51,260 nt of DNA from a candidate division FCPU426 bacterium (GCA_040389285.1 JAZKAF010000070.1:1-51260); one strand, 5' to 3'; shown: positions 19,229 to 28,895, counted from the first letter of the stretch. Made by a program: numbers and translations. The notes: a model not told the origin generated them from the letters alone.

Positions 19229-20482
19229 CTAAGCCTCAAATGCCTTGAACAGCAAGGACGCGTTGACCCCGCCGAAACCAAAGCCATTCGACAGGACATA
19301 GGTCAACTTTCTTTCCCGTGCAGTGTTGGGGACGTAATCCAGGTCGCATTGCGGATCCGGACTGGTCTGATTGATCGTCGGGTGGACCTTTCCCGTTTGG
19401 ATGCTCTTGATGCAGACCGCCGCTTCCACGCCGCCCGCCGCGCCCAAAAGATGGCCTATCATCGACTTGGTCGACGAGATCCAAAGTTTCTTGGAAATGG
19501 CGTGGTCGCCAAAGATGCGCTTCATGGCCAGGGTCTCGACCAGGTCGCCCAAAGGCGTCGAGGTACCATGGGCATTGACGTAATCCACCTGTTCCGGATT
19601 GACCCGGGCGTTATCCAGCGCCATTTTCATCGCCTGATAGGCTCCGTGCCCGTCTTCAGGCGGGGCGGTCATGTGATGGGCATCGCCCGACAGGCCATAA
19701 CCCACCAGCTCCGCGTAGATCCTGGCGCCACGCGCCTTGGCGTGTTCCAGGGATTCAAGGATCAGCAGTCCGCATCCTTCGCCCATCACGAAGCCGTCAC
19801 GATCCTTGTCAAAAGGACGGCTGGCTTGTTCCGGGGAGTCGTTGCGCGTCGAAAGCGCGCGCGCCTGGCAGAAACCAGCGAGACCAAGGGGCGTGATCGC
19901 GGATTCAGAGCCACCGGCCACCATGATGTCCGCGTCGCCGCGCGCGATGATATGGGCGGCGTCGCCGATCGCGTGGTTGCCTGTCGCGCAGGCGGTCGCC
20001 ACGCATGAATTGGGTCCACGCAACCCGAACTTGATGGAAACATGGCCGGGGGCCATGTTCACGATCAGCATCGGGATCAGGAAAGGATTCACCTTGCCGG
20101 GACCCCTTTCCATCAGGATCTGATGCTGCTCCTCGATGATGCGAAGGCCTCCGATGCCGGATCCGATCAGCGCTCCAAAACGCTCCCGGTTGACCTTATC
20201 AAGGCTGATGCCTGCGTCCTTGATCGCCATATCGGCCGCCGCGATCGCGTACTGCACGAAGAAATCCATGCGACGGATCTCTTTTTTGTCCGCGAGCTGG
20301 GGGCTCAATTCGAAGTTCTTGATGCAGCCGCCGATATGCGCATCCTGTCCCGAGGTGTCAAAAGCGGTGATCCTTCCCACTCCCGACTTTCCCTCGAGCA
20401 TGGCCTTGAAGGCCGTCTCGATGTCGTTACCCAGCGGCGTCACGGCGCCGATGCCCGTGACCACCACGCGACGTTGGAACAT
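19229..20482 (-). CDS. fabF: 3-oxoacyl-ACP synthase II
   Basis: KAS II family ([15 protein letters not shown], active-site [24 protein letters not shown]). Start trimmed to ATG 20482 (MFQRRVVV). Confidence 0.93.
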   Translation of the reverse strand: MFQRRVVVTGIGAVTPLGNDIETAFKAMLEGKSGVGRITAFDTSGQDAHIGGCIKNFELSPQLADKKEIRRMDFFVQYAIAAADMAIKDAGISLDKVNRERFGALIGSGIGGLRIIEEQHQILMERGPGKVNPFLIPMLIVNMAPGHVSIKFGLRGPNSCVATACATGNHAIGDAAHIIARGDADIMVAGGSESAITPLGLAGFCQARALSTRNDSPEQASRPFDKDRDGFVMGEGCGLLILESLEHAKARGARIYAELVGYGLSGDAHHMTAPPEDGHGAYQAMKMALDNARVNPEQVDYVNAHGTSTPLGDLVETLAMKRIFGDHAISKKLWISSTKSMIGHLLGAAGGVEAAVCIKSIQTGKVHPTINQTSPDPQCDLDYVPNTARERKLTYVLSNGFGFGGVNASLLFKAFEA

Positions 20483-20492
20483 GCGACCCTCT

Positions 20493-20527
20493 TCAAAAAA
20501 CCAACGCCGGAAAATAGCTTTCCGGCG
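20493..20527 (-). terminator. hairpin plus U-tract (attenuator/terminator) between acpP and fabF
   Basis: The minus-strand RNA reads CGCCGGAAA-GCUAU-UUUCCGGCG followed by UUGGUUUUUUG. A second 7-bp hairpin (GGACGCG/CGCGTCC) lies at 20542-20561. Confidence 0.5.
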
Positions 20528-20574
20528 TATGGCGTTCACTTGGACGCGTCAATGCGCGTCCACCTCAACAGGGC

Positions 20575-20811
20575 TCAGGACTTGGCGTGCGCCTTGATGT
20601 ATTCGATGGCGTCGCCCACCTTCTTGATCTTTTCGGCGTCTTCGTCGGGGATCTCGATGTTGAACTCCTCTTCGAACGCCATCACCAATTCCACTGTGTC
20701 CAGCGAATCGGCGCCGAGATCATCGATGAAGGAGGCTTCCGGATTCACCTGGCCCGCTTCGACGCCCAGCTGCTCCACGATGATCTCTTTGACTTTGTCT
20801 TCGATAGCCAC
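20575..20811 (-). CDS. acpP: acyl carrier protein
   Basis: 78 aa, with the phosphopantetheine site [12 protein letters not shown]. Confidence 0.97.
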   Translation of the reverse strand: MAIEDKVKEIIVEQLGVEAGQVNPEASFIDDLGADSLDTVELVMAFEEEFNIEIPDEDAEKIKKVGDAIEYIKAHAKS

Positions 20812-20844
20812 GCTGAACTCCTGAGTAATAAAAAAAGCTTCCGC

Positions 20845-21600
20845 TTACATCATCATGCCGCCATCTACCCGCAGCACTTGTCCCGTCACATAACGGGAAC
20901 GATCCGACGCTAGAAAGAGAGCCGCTTCCGCGATATCCTCGGACTCCCCGAATTTCGCCAAGGGTATCTGGTTGAGCAAAGCCTTCTGGGCTTCTTCCCC
21001 TAATTCCGAAGTCATGGCGGTCCGGATAAAGCCCGGAGCCACCGCATTCACCCTGATCCCCCGCGAAGCAAGTTCCTTGGCCACCGACTTGGTCAGGCCG
21101 ATGAGACCGGCTTTGCTGGCGGAATAATTCGCCTGCCCGGGATTTCCGTTGAGCCCGACAACGCTTGATATGTTGATGACGCTGCCGGCCCGCGCCTTCA
21201 GCATGCTCTTGCATACCGCGCGCGTACAGTTAAAAGCGCCCTTGAGATTCGTGGCGATCACATCGTCAAAATCCTGGTCGCTCATCCGCAGCAAAAGCCC
21301 GTCTTTGGCGATCCCGGCGTTATTGACTAAAATATCAACGCGTTTGAAGTTGTCAAGGGCATTATTCACCATGGCATCCACATCGGCGGAAAGCGCCACA
21401 TCCGCCCGCAGTCCCAGCACCAGGCCGCCGGTTTCCGCCGCGATCGCGGCCGCGGCCGCGGCCGCTTTGCCGGCGTCCCTGCCGCTCAGGACCACCCGCG
21501 CGCCCGCCTGGGAGAACCGTCGGGCGATCGCATAACCGATGCCTTGGGTCCCGCCCGTCACGATCGCGACCTTTTCCTTTAGCTCGCCTGAGTCAGCCAT
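20845..21600 (-). CDS. fabG: 3-oxoacyl-ACP reductase
   Basis: 251 aa SDR (TGGTQGIG, NNAG, YSASKAG) in the fab cluster. Confidence 0.93.
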   Translation of the reverse strand: MADSGELKEKVAIVTGGTQGIGYAIARRFSQAGARVVLSGRDAGKAAAAAAAIAAETGGLVLGLRADVALSADVDAMVNNALDNFKRVDILVNNAGIAKDGLLLRMSDQDFDDVIATNLKGAFNCTRAVCKSMLKARAGSVINISSVVGLNGNPGQANYSASKAGLIGLTKSVAKELASRGIRVNAVAPGFIRTAMTSELGEEAQKALLNQIPLAKFGESEDIAEAALFLASDRSRYVTGQVLRVDGGMMM

Positions 21601-22523
21601 GGAGGACCCTTTTTGATCGAAGCCAAATCACCCGCGCCAAAACAAGCCGCGCTTTTCTCGATCTTCTTCATCAGCCCCTGGAGCACGCGTCCGGGACCGA
21701 CCTCGACGAACCGGTCAGCGCCTTTGTCCAAGAGGGTCCGCATGCAGGAGGTCCATCGGACCGGCCCGGAGACCTGGGCCACCAGGCCTTTGCGGATGGA
21801 ATCCAGGTCGCCGTAAGGCAGGCCGTTGATGTTCGAGACCACCGGCTTTCGCGCGGGATTCCAGGCGACCTTAGAGAAGGCGTTTTCCAATCGCGATCCC
21901 GCGCCCTTCATCAGCGAAGAATGAAAAGCTCCTGAAACAGGGAGCATGATGCATTTCGCGGCGCCGGCCTCCCTGCAATACTCAGCCGCCTTCTCCACCG
22001 CGGCCGAATGCCCGGAGATGACCACCTGCCCCGGAGAATTATAATTCGCGGCCTGGACGGTCAGGGGATGCACCGAAGCGCGTTCACAAGCGGCGTCGAT
22101 CAGGGAATCCTCCAGCCCGAGGATCGCAGCCATCGATCCAGGCTGTTCTCTCGCCGCTTCCGCCATGGCCTTGGCCCTGGCGTCCACCAGCTTCAGCCCG
22201 TCCTCAAAACTAAAGACGCCGGCTTCGTGCAGGGCGCAATACTCTCCGAGGGAATGTCCGGCCAAAAAGTCCGGTTCCTCGGCCCAGGCTCCGGATCTGA
22301 TCATGGACGCGGCGGCCACGTTCACCACGAACAAGGCGGGCTGCGTGTTGGAGGTCTCTTTCAGAGCCTCTTCCGGCCCTTCAAAGATGATGCGCTTCAA
22401 GTCACGGCCTAAAATCTCATCGGCCTGATCGAAAAGTTTTGCGATGCCGGGATCGGCTTCAGCGAGGTCCTTCCCCATGCCGACCGCCTGCGAACCTTGG
22501 CCCGGGAACATGAACACCATCAT
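21579..22523 (-). CDS. fabD: malonyl-CoA:ACP transacylase
   Basis: FPGQGSQ and GHSLGEY motifs. Start trimmed to ATG 22523 (MMVFMFPGQGSQ). The 3' end overlaps fabG by 22 nt. Confidence 0.92.
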   Translation of the reverse strand: MMVFMFPGQGSQAVGMGKDLAEADPGIAKLFDQADEILGRDLKRIIFEGPEEALKETSNTQPALFVVNVAAASMIRSGAWAEEPDFLAGHSLGEYCALHEAGVFSFEDGLKLVDARAKAMAEAAREQPGSMAAILGLEDSLIDAACERASVHPLTVQAANYNSPGQVVISGHSAAVEKAAEYCREAGAAKCIMLPVSGAFHSSLMKGAGSRLENAFSKVAWNPARKPVVSNINGLPYGDLDSIRKGLVAQVSGPVRWTSCMRTLLDKGADRFVEVGPGRVLQGLMKKIEKSAACFGAGDLASIKKGPPWLTQAS

Positions 22524-22527
22524 GCTA

Positions 22528-23511
22528 TCACCACTCGATGACCGCCGACGCCCAGGTGAGCCCCGCGCCAAAAGCCACAAGAACTGTCTTATCTCCTCGT
22601 TTCAAGCGCCCGGCGGCCTGCGCCTCATCCAGGGCGATGCCCACGGACGCCGCCGAGGTATTCCCGTATTTATCCAGATTGATGAAGACCTTTTCCATGG
22701 GCAGCTCCAAGCGCTTGGCCGCCGCCTCGATGATCCGTATGTTGGCCTGATGGGGGATGAAAAGAGAGATGTCTTCGGACTTCAGTCCCGCCTTGGCCAT
22801 GGCCAGCTCGGCGGCCTCGCCCATGACTTTGACCGCGAACTTATAGACCTCTTTTCCGTTCATATGAAGGAAATGCTTACGCTCGGCCAGGCTCTCCGGG
22901 CTCACCGGGCAGACCGTACCGCCGCCCGGTTGATAAAGCAGCTCCACGGCGGTCCCATCCGTGCCGAGATGCGTGGATAAGATCGCTCCACGGCCCTGAT
23001 TGGGTCCCACGACCACCGCACCGGCCCCATCGCCAAAAAGCACACAGGTATTGCGGTCTTTCCAATCCACCACGGCGCTCAGTTTTTCAGCCCCGATGAC
23101 CAATATATTTTTCGCGGTCCCCGCGGCGACCATCGCCTGTGCCAGGCTGATCCCGTATACAAATCCCGAGCAAGCGGCTGAGATGTCAAAAGCGGAGGCG
23201 CGGAACGCCCCGAGCTTGCGCTGGACAAGGCAGGCTGCGGCCGGCCAGGTGTAGTCCGGGGTCAGCGTGGCGAGGATGATGAGGTCGAGCTCGGACGCCT
23301 GAATGCCGGCGGATTCCAGCGCGGCCTTTCCCGCGTAGGTGGCCATGTCCGAAACATGCTCGTCGGCCGCCGCGATCCTGCGTTCGCGGATCCCGGTACG
23401 GCTGCGGATCCATTCATCCGAAGTCTCGACTATTTTTTCAAGGTCCGCGTTGGTCATGACCCGCGAGGGGACATAGTGTCCCGTCCCAAGGATGGCCGCC
23501 AAAGGCTTCAT
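22528..23511 (-). CDS. fabH: 3-oxoacyl-ACP synthase III
   Basis: 327 aa KAS III (AACSGF active site, HQANIRI, GNTSAAS). Confidence 0.93.
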   Translation of the reverse strand: MKPLAAILGTGHYVPSRVMTNADLEKIVETSDEWIRSRTGIRERRIAAADEHVSDMATYAGKAALESAGIQASELDLIILATLTPDYTWPAAACLVQRKLGAFRASAFDISAACSGFVYGISLAQAMVAAGTAKNILVIGAEKLSAVVDWKDRNTCVLFGDGAGAVVVGPNQGRGAILSTHLGTDGTAVELLYQPGGGTVCPVSPESLAERKHFLHMNGKEVYKFAVKVMGEAAELAMAKAGLKSEDISLFIPHQANIRIIEAAAKRLELPMEKVFINLDKYGNTSAASVGIALDEAQAAGRLKRGDKTVLVAFGAGLTWASAVIEW

Positions 23512-24527
23512 TGGGCCAGGTCCTCGCGCGAATCGATGACCGCGGTGATCTTTCTGAGGATATCCTGCCGCGCGTTCTCGTAGCAGACGCGGATGGCGTT
23601 TTTCATCATCACCCGGTTCGCCGAACCGTGGGTGATCACAAAGATCCCATTCACGCCCAACAGAACCGAACCGCCCGCCTCTTCCGCGCTGACGCGTCGG
23701 CGGACCCGGTTGAACGACGGTTTTGCCAGGAGACCGCCTATCTTTTCAAAGGCGGATCCATTTTGAAAAGATTCTTTAAGGCTGTTCATCAGCATCTTTC
23801 CCAGGCCCTCGGCGGTCTTCAACACGATGTTGCCGACAAATCCGTCGCAGACACAGACGTCGCAGCGGCCATTGAACAGGTCTCGCCCTTCGACATTGCC
23901 GATAAAATTAAACGCGGCGTTCTTCATCTGCGGAAATGTCTCGTGCACCTGGGTATTGCCTTTGCTCTCCTCTTCTCCGATGGAAAGCAGGCCCACCCGC
24001 GGATTCTCGACGCCAAGGATCTCTTTCATATAAACGCTTCCCATCAGCCCCCACTGCACTAAGGCCTCTGGCTTGCAGTCGACCCAGGCGCCACAGTCCA
24101 GGAGCGCGGTCGAACCATGGGATGCCGGAAACAGCGCCATGATGGCCGGCCGCCTCAAGCCCTTGATGCGGCCCAGGATAAAGGTGGCCGCCGCGAGGCT
24201 GGCCCCCGTGTTCCCCGGGGAGGTCACGGCGTCCGCCCTTCCTTCGGCGATAAGGCGGGTCGCCACGGAGACCGAGGCGTCCTTTTTCGCTTTATAAGCG
24301 GCGCCCGGTTCCTCATCCATGCCGATGACCTGCGTGGCGGGAACGATGACCAGCCGGTCTCCAAAATTTTGCTTCTTTAGGAATGGCGTGATGACGCCAG
24401 GATCGCCCGCAAGCAGGACCTGCAAGTCAGGAAATTCTTTAAGGGCCCGGATAGCGCCGTGCACCACCTCTTGGACGCCTTTTTCAGCGGTCATGGCGTC
24501 GACGGCGACCCTGATCATTGCGGCCAC
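23508..24527 (-). CDS. plsX: phosphate:acyl-ACP acyltransferase PlsX
   Basis: 339 aa with PlsX-like sequence throughout, in the conserved rpmF-plsX-fabH position. The N-terminal motif reads VDAMTAEKG where I recall DAMGGD. The start is GTG 24527 or ATG 24518. Confidence 0.85.
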   Translation of the reverse strand: MAAMIRVAVDAMTAEKGVQEVVHGAIRALKEFPDLQVLLAGDPGVITPFLKKQNFGDRLVIVPATQVIGMDEEPGAAYKAKKDASVSVATRLIAEGRADAVTSPGNTGASLAAATFILGRIKGLRRPAIMALFPASHGSTALLDCGAWVDCKPEALVQWGLMGSVYMKEILGVENPRVGLLSIGEEESKGNTQVHETFPQMKNAAFNFIGNVEGRDLFNGRCDVCVCDGFVGNIVLKTAEGLGKMLMNSLKESFQNGSAFEKIGGLLAKPSFNRVRRRVSAEEAGGSVLLGVNGIFVITHGSANRVMMKNAIRVCYENARQDILRKITAVIDSREDLAQ

Positions 24528-24536
24528 GAGTAAGGC

Positions 24537-24719
24537 TTACGCCTCTTTGGCGACGATGACTTCTTTGCCGTTGTAATGGCCGCAATTAGGGCATACACGG
24601 TGCGGCAACTTGGGTTGGCGGCACTGGGAGCAGAGCCCCAGGCTGTGGCTTTCCATCTTCCAGTTGGCGCGCCGGGTGTTGCGGCGCTGCTTGGAATGGC
24701 GTCGCTTTGGATTGGGCAT
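24537..24719 (-). CDS. rpmF: 50S ribosomal protein L32
   Basis: 60 aa, MPNPKRRHSKQRRNTRRA, with a zinc-ribbon CxxC...CxxC. Confidence 0.95.
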   Translation of the reverse strand: MPNPKRRHSKQRRNTRRANWKMESHSLGLCSQCRQPKLPHRVCPNCGHYNGKEVIVAKEA

Positions 24720-24720
24720 T

Positions 24721-25257
24721 TCAGTTCTCCTTAGCTTTCTTGAAAAGTGTTTTCAATCCGGAAAAAGGGCTGTCCTTTTCCAGGGCGGCGCATCCACAGT
24801 CCGTTTCATTTCGATTGCAGCCGCAGACCGGACAAAGCCCTTTACATTCATTTTTGCAGACCGGGGCCAAGGGCACCTGCAATTCCATTTCCTGGCGGAT
24901 CTCTTCTCCCAAGGGCAGGTGATCGCCCTCAAAAAATACGACCCCAAGTTCCGGCGCGTCCGGGTCCAGGCCCTTGCGCGGATCTTTTTTCTCGGGCATC
25001 GCCTCGAATTCGGCGACAAAATCGGCCGATACCGATTCTTCGAAATGCCTGAGGCACCGGGAGCACTCCAATTCCAGCTCTCCCGAGGCGTGAAACTTTC
25101 CCAGCACTTTGTCCTGGATGCGCCGAAGCTCATAATCCAGAGTCAAAGCTGGTCCGACAAAAACTTCGCTCAATCCCAGGTCAAGCGGACTGAGCTTCAG
25201 CCCTTGCTCCCCAAACATACCCTCTTCAGGGACCAACGACAATTTCACCCGAAACAC
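24721..25257 (-). CDS. yceD: DUF177/YceD-family protein (ribosome-maturation associated)
   Basis: Conserved position upstream of rpmF, with a C-terminal CKGLCPVCGCNRN cysteine cluster. I start at GTG 25257, which has AGGAGA 6 nt upstream, rather than the ORF-track TTG at 25296. Confidence 0.8.
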   Translation of the reverse strand: MFRVKLSLVPEEGMFGEQGLKLSPLDLGLSEVFVGPALTLDYELRRIQDKVLGKFHASGELELECSRCLRHFEESVSADFVAEFEAMPEKKDPRKGLDPDAPELGVVFFEGDHLPLGEEIRQEMELQVPLAPVCKNECKGLCPVCGCNRNETDCGCAALEKDSPFSGLKTLFKKAKEN

Positions 25258-25296
25258 TGATTTTCTCCTGCATATTCCGCATTTTGCGGAAGGCAA

Positions 25297-25325
25297 ACAA
25301 TAGCGGAGGCTTCAATTTTCGTCAA
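25297..25325 (-). promoter_or_regulatory. sigma70-like promoter for the yceD-rpmF-plsX-fab-rnc operon
   Basis: On the minus strand: TTGACG (25325-25320), 17 nt, TATTGT (25302-25297), about 40 nt upstream of the yceD GTG. Confidence 0.4.
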
Positions 25326-25394
25326 GTTTTTAATATTTTCGCGTTATGAAACAACGCTAAATCACTAACAAATCTGCTGAAAAAGGCCCTCTGA

Positions 25395-27617
25395 TCAGAA
25401 AAGCTTCACTCCCGCCAGCAATACCGGCCTTTGCGCGCTAGGAAGCAGGGACCAGCGATTCTGCTCCGTGCTAAAAGCGATCATCACGCCCTGCGGTGAA
25501 AATACTGGCTGACGGGCGAAAAGGCCTGCCGGGGTGAGGCTCCGTACAGCCTTGCTCTTCAGGTCCAGCACCAATCCGCTATAGAGATCCGGCCTGACCA
25601 CCCTCAAGCCCATCGCGTTGTAGCTCCAGCGCTCCTCGAAGGCGATGTGCTGTCCCGTGGGCGACCAGGAGATCCCCGACAATTCCCCGCTCCCACGATA
25701 TCCCATTTCCGGATTCGAACCGTCTTTGTCAGCGACCCATAACTCCTGGCCGGATTCCTCTCCGCCACTACGGTCCGCGAACCAAGCCAATCTCGCTCCG
25801 TCAGGGCTCCAGGACAACGACCGCACCTTTTCGTCGCTGGCAAAAAACCGCCTGCGCCACGCGCCATCCGCCATCATCGACCACACCGCATATTTCTTTC
25901 CGGTGCGCTCGATGAAGGCGAGCCTGCCAGAATCGGGCGCCCATACCGGCGAAAGGATCTCATCGCAAGGCGAGATATAAAGCATCCGGGGACGCCGTCC
26001 CTCAGAGTCGGAAACCCACAGCTCCCTTGGGTATTGGTATTCACGGTTATGAAGCGTGAACACCTTTCCGTCGTCGCTCTTCCAAATAGTCCAAGGTATC
26101 TTCTTTTTTGGAGTGATGTCGCGGGCATCGCTCTTATTGTTCGCGCTCATCACCTTCATGGATCCGGCCTTGTCGACAAAAAGCACCTGAGTCTGTTCGG
26201 CGTTCCAAGCCGGGAACCGCGCCATCTCGTTCTTGAGCACAAAGCGCCGGGAGTTCAATCCCTCCTTGGTGTCTCCCAGATCGAAAAATTTGTCGTTTTC
26301 CTTCTCCAGCACGTAAAGGAGCTTTTTGCCGTTCGGCGATATGGCCGGACTGATCTTAGACCCCCCGCTTGTGATCTTGGACAGGCGGACCTTGTCTTTG
26401 TCTGACCCGAAAGTGGCTTTCCAGATGGCCACGCCACCAAGCTTGCGCAACGATGCGGGCGCGGCGAAATACAGGTGCCGGCTGTCCGGAGACCAGAGCT
26501 GCCCGTGGTCGTCGATAGGCATCGCGTCCTGGCCCTTGACGATGCTCCGCAATGCCTGGGGAGCCGTTGCGCCCCCCTCGGTCCAGCGATAGAGGCTCAA
26601 CCTGTTCTTATGGGTCTGCGGATCCGTGCCGACCGCGGCCAACCGCTTTGAATCGGGCGACCACCGGGCCGGGCCGGGTCCCGGATCCATGGGACTATTC
26701 AAGGTGAAGGAAGCGTCCTCAAGATGGATGTGGATGCCCAATGTTTTTTCCCCATCCTTTTCGTCCGTAAAGGCGATCTTGTCCGAATAAGGGATGTCTC
26801 CTATCGCCCCAGCCTGGTTGTTTCCAGGTGCCCAGGCGAGATTTCCGACCTGGCGATCCAGTTCCTTCTGCATTTCGTAATAACGCGGCAGGAACAAGGA
26901 GGCCTGAAACACAGGCTGAACATCGACGAAGAAAACCTGCTTTATAAAAAATGTGCTGAACGGAAGTCCCAGGAGCAGGACCACCAAGGCAACGCTCGAA
27001 GCCAGCGAGCCGGCGATCTTGACGACCCCACGAAAAACCGCCCAACCGGCGAAAAGAAAAGCGGTAGCGCAGAGTACTCCAGCCCAATTGAGGCTGAACA
27101 ATACGGCGAAACAAAAGAAGGAGGCGAACTGGAGCGCCAGAGCGGCGAGAAGAAGGGCGTGAGGAAAGATCTCTTTCGAACGGGTGGTCAGTTCCAGAAC
27201 GTAGGCGACGACAAAATAAAGGACAGAAAAAGCGATCCCGGCCATCAATAAACTATTGGCGCCCGAGGCAGGCAAATAATGGAGGCCCTGGGCGATCAGG
27301 GCCCCGCCGAGAAGGCTGAAGAAAAGCGCCCTGCCGATATTGACAAGGTTCCTGGCGACGACGTCCTTGCCGCTCCACTGGCGAAGAGCCGCGCGTTGTC
27401 CGAAAAAGTCGAGCAGACCCCAGCCGAGAAGGCCGCCACCCAACAACCACGGCAACGGCCGGTCCAATGCATAAGAGAAGATCCCGGCTACCGCGCCCAC
27501 GACAAAGATCAAGCTCACGGCCAACCAAAATCCCTTTTCTTTGCCATCGGTGCTTGCGGCCTTTACGGGACTCTGGCTATCCTCTGTCTGTGATTCCGGC
27601 TTGGGCTCGTCCGCCAT
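25395..27617 (-). CDS. polytopic membrane protein with a C-terminal TolB-like PD40 beta-propeller region (hypothetical)
   Basis: 740 aa. The N-terminal 250 aa or so hold about 7 hydrophobic helices. The rest has at least 7 PD40-type repeats: WSPDSKRLA, WSPDSRHLYF, ISPNGKKLLY, WAPDSGRLAF, WSPDGARLAW, WSPTGQHIAF, FSPQGVMIAF. No catalytic domain is recognisable. Confidence 0.7.
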   Translation of the reverse strand: MADEPKPESQTEDSQSPVKAASTDGKEKGFWLAVSLIFVVGAVAGIFSYALDRPLPWLLGGGLLGWGLLDFFGQRAALRQWSGKDVVARNLVNIGRALFFSLLGGALIAQGLHYLPASGANSLLMAGIAFSVLYFVVAYVLELTTRSKEIFPHALLLAALALQFASFFCFAVLFSLNWAGVLCATAFLFAGWAVFRGVVKIAGSLASSVALVVLLLGLPFSTFFIKQVFFVDVQPVFQASLFLPRYYEMQKELDRQVGNLAWAPGNNQAGAIGDIPYSDKIAFTDEKDGEKTLGIHIHLEDASFTLNSPMDPGPGPARWSPDSKRLAAVGTDPQTHKNRLSLYRWTEGGATAPQALRSIVKGQDAMPIDDHGQLWSPDSRHLYFAAPASLRKLGGVAIWKATFGSDKDKVRLSKITSGGSKISPAISPNGKKLLYVLEKENDKFFDLGDTKEGLNSRRFVLKNEMARFPAWNAEQTQVLFVDKAGSMKVMSANNKSDARDITPKKKIPWTIWKSDDGKVFTLHNREYQYPRELWVSDSEGRRPRMLYISPCDEILSPVWAPDSGRLAFIERTGKKYAVWSMMADGAWRRRFFASDEKVRSLSWSPDGARLAWFADRSGGEESGQELWVADKDGSNPEMGYRGSGELSGISWSPTGQHIAFEERWSYNAMGLRVVRPDLYSGLVLDLKSKAVRSLTPAGLFARQPVFSPQGVMIAFSTEQNRWSLLPSAQRPVLLAGVKLF

Positions 27618-27653
27618 GCGTCTGACCTCCCAGATTGAAAAAAGTCGCGATCC

Positions 27654-28613
27654 TTACCAGGCGAAGTAGCCGATCCGTCGGCCCCGCGCTCCAAGTTGCT
27701 GCCGGAACCAGCCACGGATATCAGCACGGCTGATCCCCGTGATCCATTGGGCAAACGGCCTCGACTCCCGGTAGGTCACGACTTGGGGATCGTCTATCCC
27801 GGCGATGTCTGCCGCGACATCGATAGCACGGTCCAGCCCGCCCAATTCATCCACCAGGCCGAGTTCCATGGCTTTTCTTCCGGAAAAGATCCTCCCATCG
27901 GAAAAACTTTTCACGTAAGCCCTTATCTCCGCGAGATCGATCTGTTTTTCCGGGATCTTTTTCAGCTTTGCCAGCGAGGTCCGCAAGGCATCTTCCCTCT
28001 CAACGACGACCACATCGACAAATTGGCTATAGACGTCATCGATCACGCCCTGAAAAACGGCCTTTTCGCGGGAAGTCATCGCCTTGGAAAAACCTCCGCT
28101 ATCTTTGAATTCACCTGATTTTACGACCTCAAATTGGAGGCCGATCTTATCGAGGATCTTTTGGGCATTCATGGTCTCCATGATCACGCCGATGCTGCCA
28201 GTCAGCGTTCCGGCGTCCGCAACGATCCGATCCGCCGGACAGGCCACATAATATCCGCCGGAAGCCGCCACGGAACCTAGCGCGGCGACCACCGCGATGT
28301 CGCTATCTTTAAGGCCTTGAACCGCCTCACAGATCTCTTGCGCCGCCGCGACTCCGCCACCAGGGCTGTTGATCGAAAGCACCACGGCCCCAACGCCTGG
28401 CACATTGTCGCGATAATGATTGAGCACCCGCACAATGCGGTCAGGGGAATCGATCTCGTCATCGATGCTGACGACGGCTACCTTGTTCTTGACCAGGGCA
28501 AATCCCAGTCCAGGTTTCATTCCGAAGAAATGGCTCCTCGTCATCAACGACGCAACCGCCAAAATGACCGCTGCGGCGATCCCAATACGCCAAAGCGTGG
28601 AAGAGCGTTCCAT
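27654..28613 (-). CDS. sppA: signal peptide peptidase SppA, 36K (S49) type
   Basis: S49 motifs are present (LSINSPGGGV, AASGGYYVA, GSIGV), with an N-terminal TM anchor. I prefer ATG 28613 (MERSSTLW); the ORF-track TTG is at 28634. Confidence 0.85.
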   Translation of the reverse strand: MERSSTLWRIGIAAAVILAVASLMTRSHFFGMKPGLGFALVKNKVAVVSIDDEIDSPDRIVRVLNHYRDNVPGVGAVVLSINSPGGGVAAAQEICEAVQGLKDSDIAVVAALGSVAASGGYYVACPADRIVADAGTLTGSIGVIMETMNAQKILDKIGLQFEVVKSGEFKDSGGFSKAMTSREKAVFQGVIDDVYSQFVDVVVVEREDALRTSLAKLKKIPEKQIDLAEIRAYVKSFSDGRIFSGRKAMELGLVDELGGLDRAIDVAADIAGIDDPQVVTYRESRPFAQWITGISRADIRGWFRQQLGARGRRIGYFAW

Positions 28614-28743
28614 ATCGAGCCTTGTAATAAACAAAAAGCTTCAAATTTCCACAGTTTTCCAGAAATCCAAAAGCCGAAAACAAGGCTAACACCCGCAAAA
28701 AACTTTGTCAAATCAAAAGACTTTTCGAGCCTTGGGTCCTCTA

Positions 28744-28772
28744 TTGACTGTTAGAACCAGCCGTTTTACCAT
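28744..28772 (+). promoter_or_regulatory. sigma70-like promoter for tRNA-Leu
   Basis: TTGACT (28744-28749), 17 nt, TACCAT (28767-28772), ending about 15 nt before the tRNA 5' end. Confidence 0.4.
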
Positions 28773-28787
28773 TTGAAAACTTTTTAG

Positions 28788-28871
28788 GCCGGAGTGGTGG
28801 AACTGGTAGACGCACTGGACTCAAAATCCAGCGTACGCAAGTACATGTGGGTTCAAGTCCCACCTCCGGCA
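28788..28871 (+). tRNA. tRNA-Leu (anticodon CAA)
   Basis: GCCGGAG...CTCCGGC acceptor stem, anticodon loop CTCAAAA (CAA at 28822-28824), long variable arm, GGTTCAAGTCC T-loop, discriminator A. No CCA is encoded. Confidence 0.9.
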
Positions 28872-28895
28872 AATCTCGTCACCTGGATCCCATTC

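Noticed and set aside
22973-22981. Near-consensus DnaA box (TTATCCACG on the minus strand) inside fabH
   Set aside because: It is a single isolated copy within coding sequence, so it is most likely a chance match.
28645-28663. Two tandem DnaA-box-like 9-mers (ATTTCCACA and TTTTCCAGA), 10 bp apart, in the sppA/tRNA-Leu intergenic region
   Set aside because: Each has a mismatch to the relaxed consensus TTWTNCACA. There are only two copies in a gap of about 170 bp that already has to hold two divergent promoters, and there is no flanking DUE. Chance occurrence in AT-rich spacer is more likely. It would be worth rechecking only if GC skew points here.
28794-28895. 5' part of ORF 28794..29285, which runs through tRNA-Leu
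   Set aside because: This segment is the tRNA gene itself. The PilZ homology starts only after ATG 28896.
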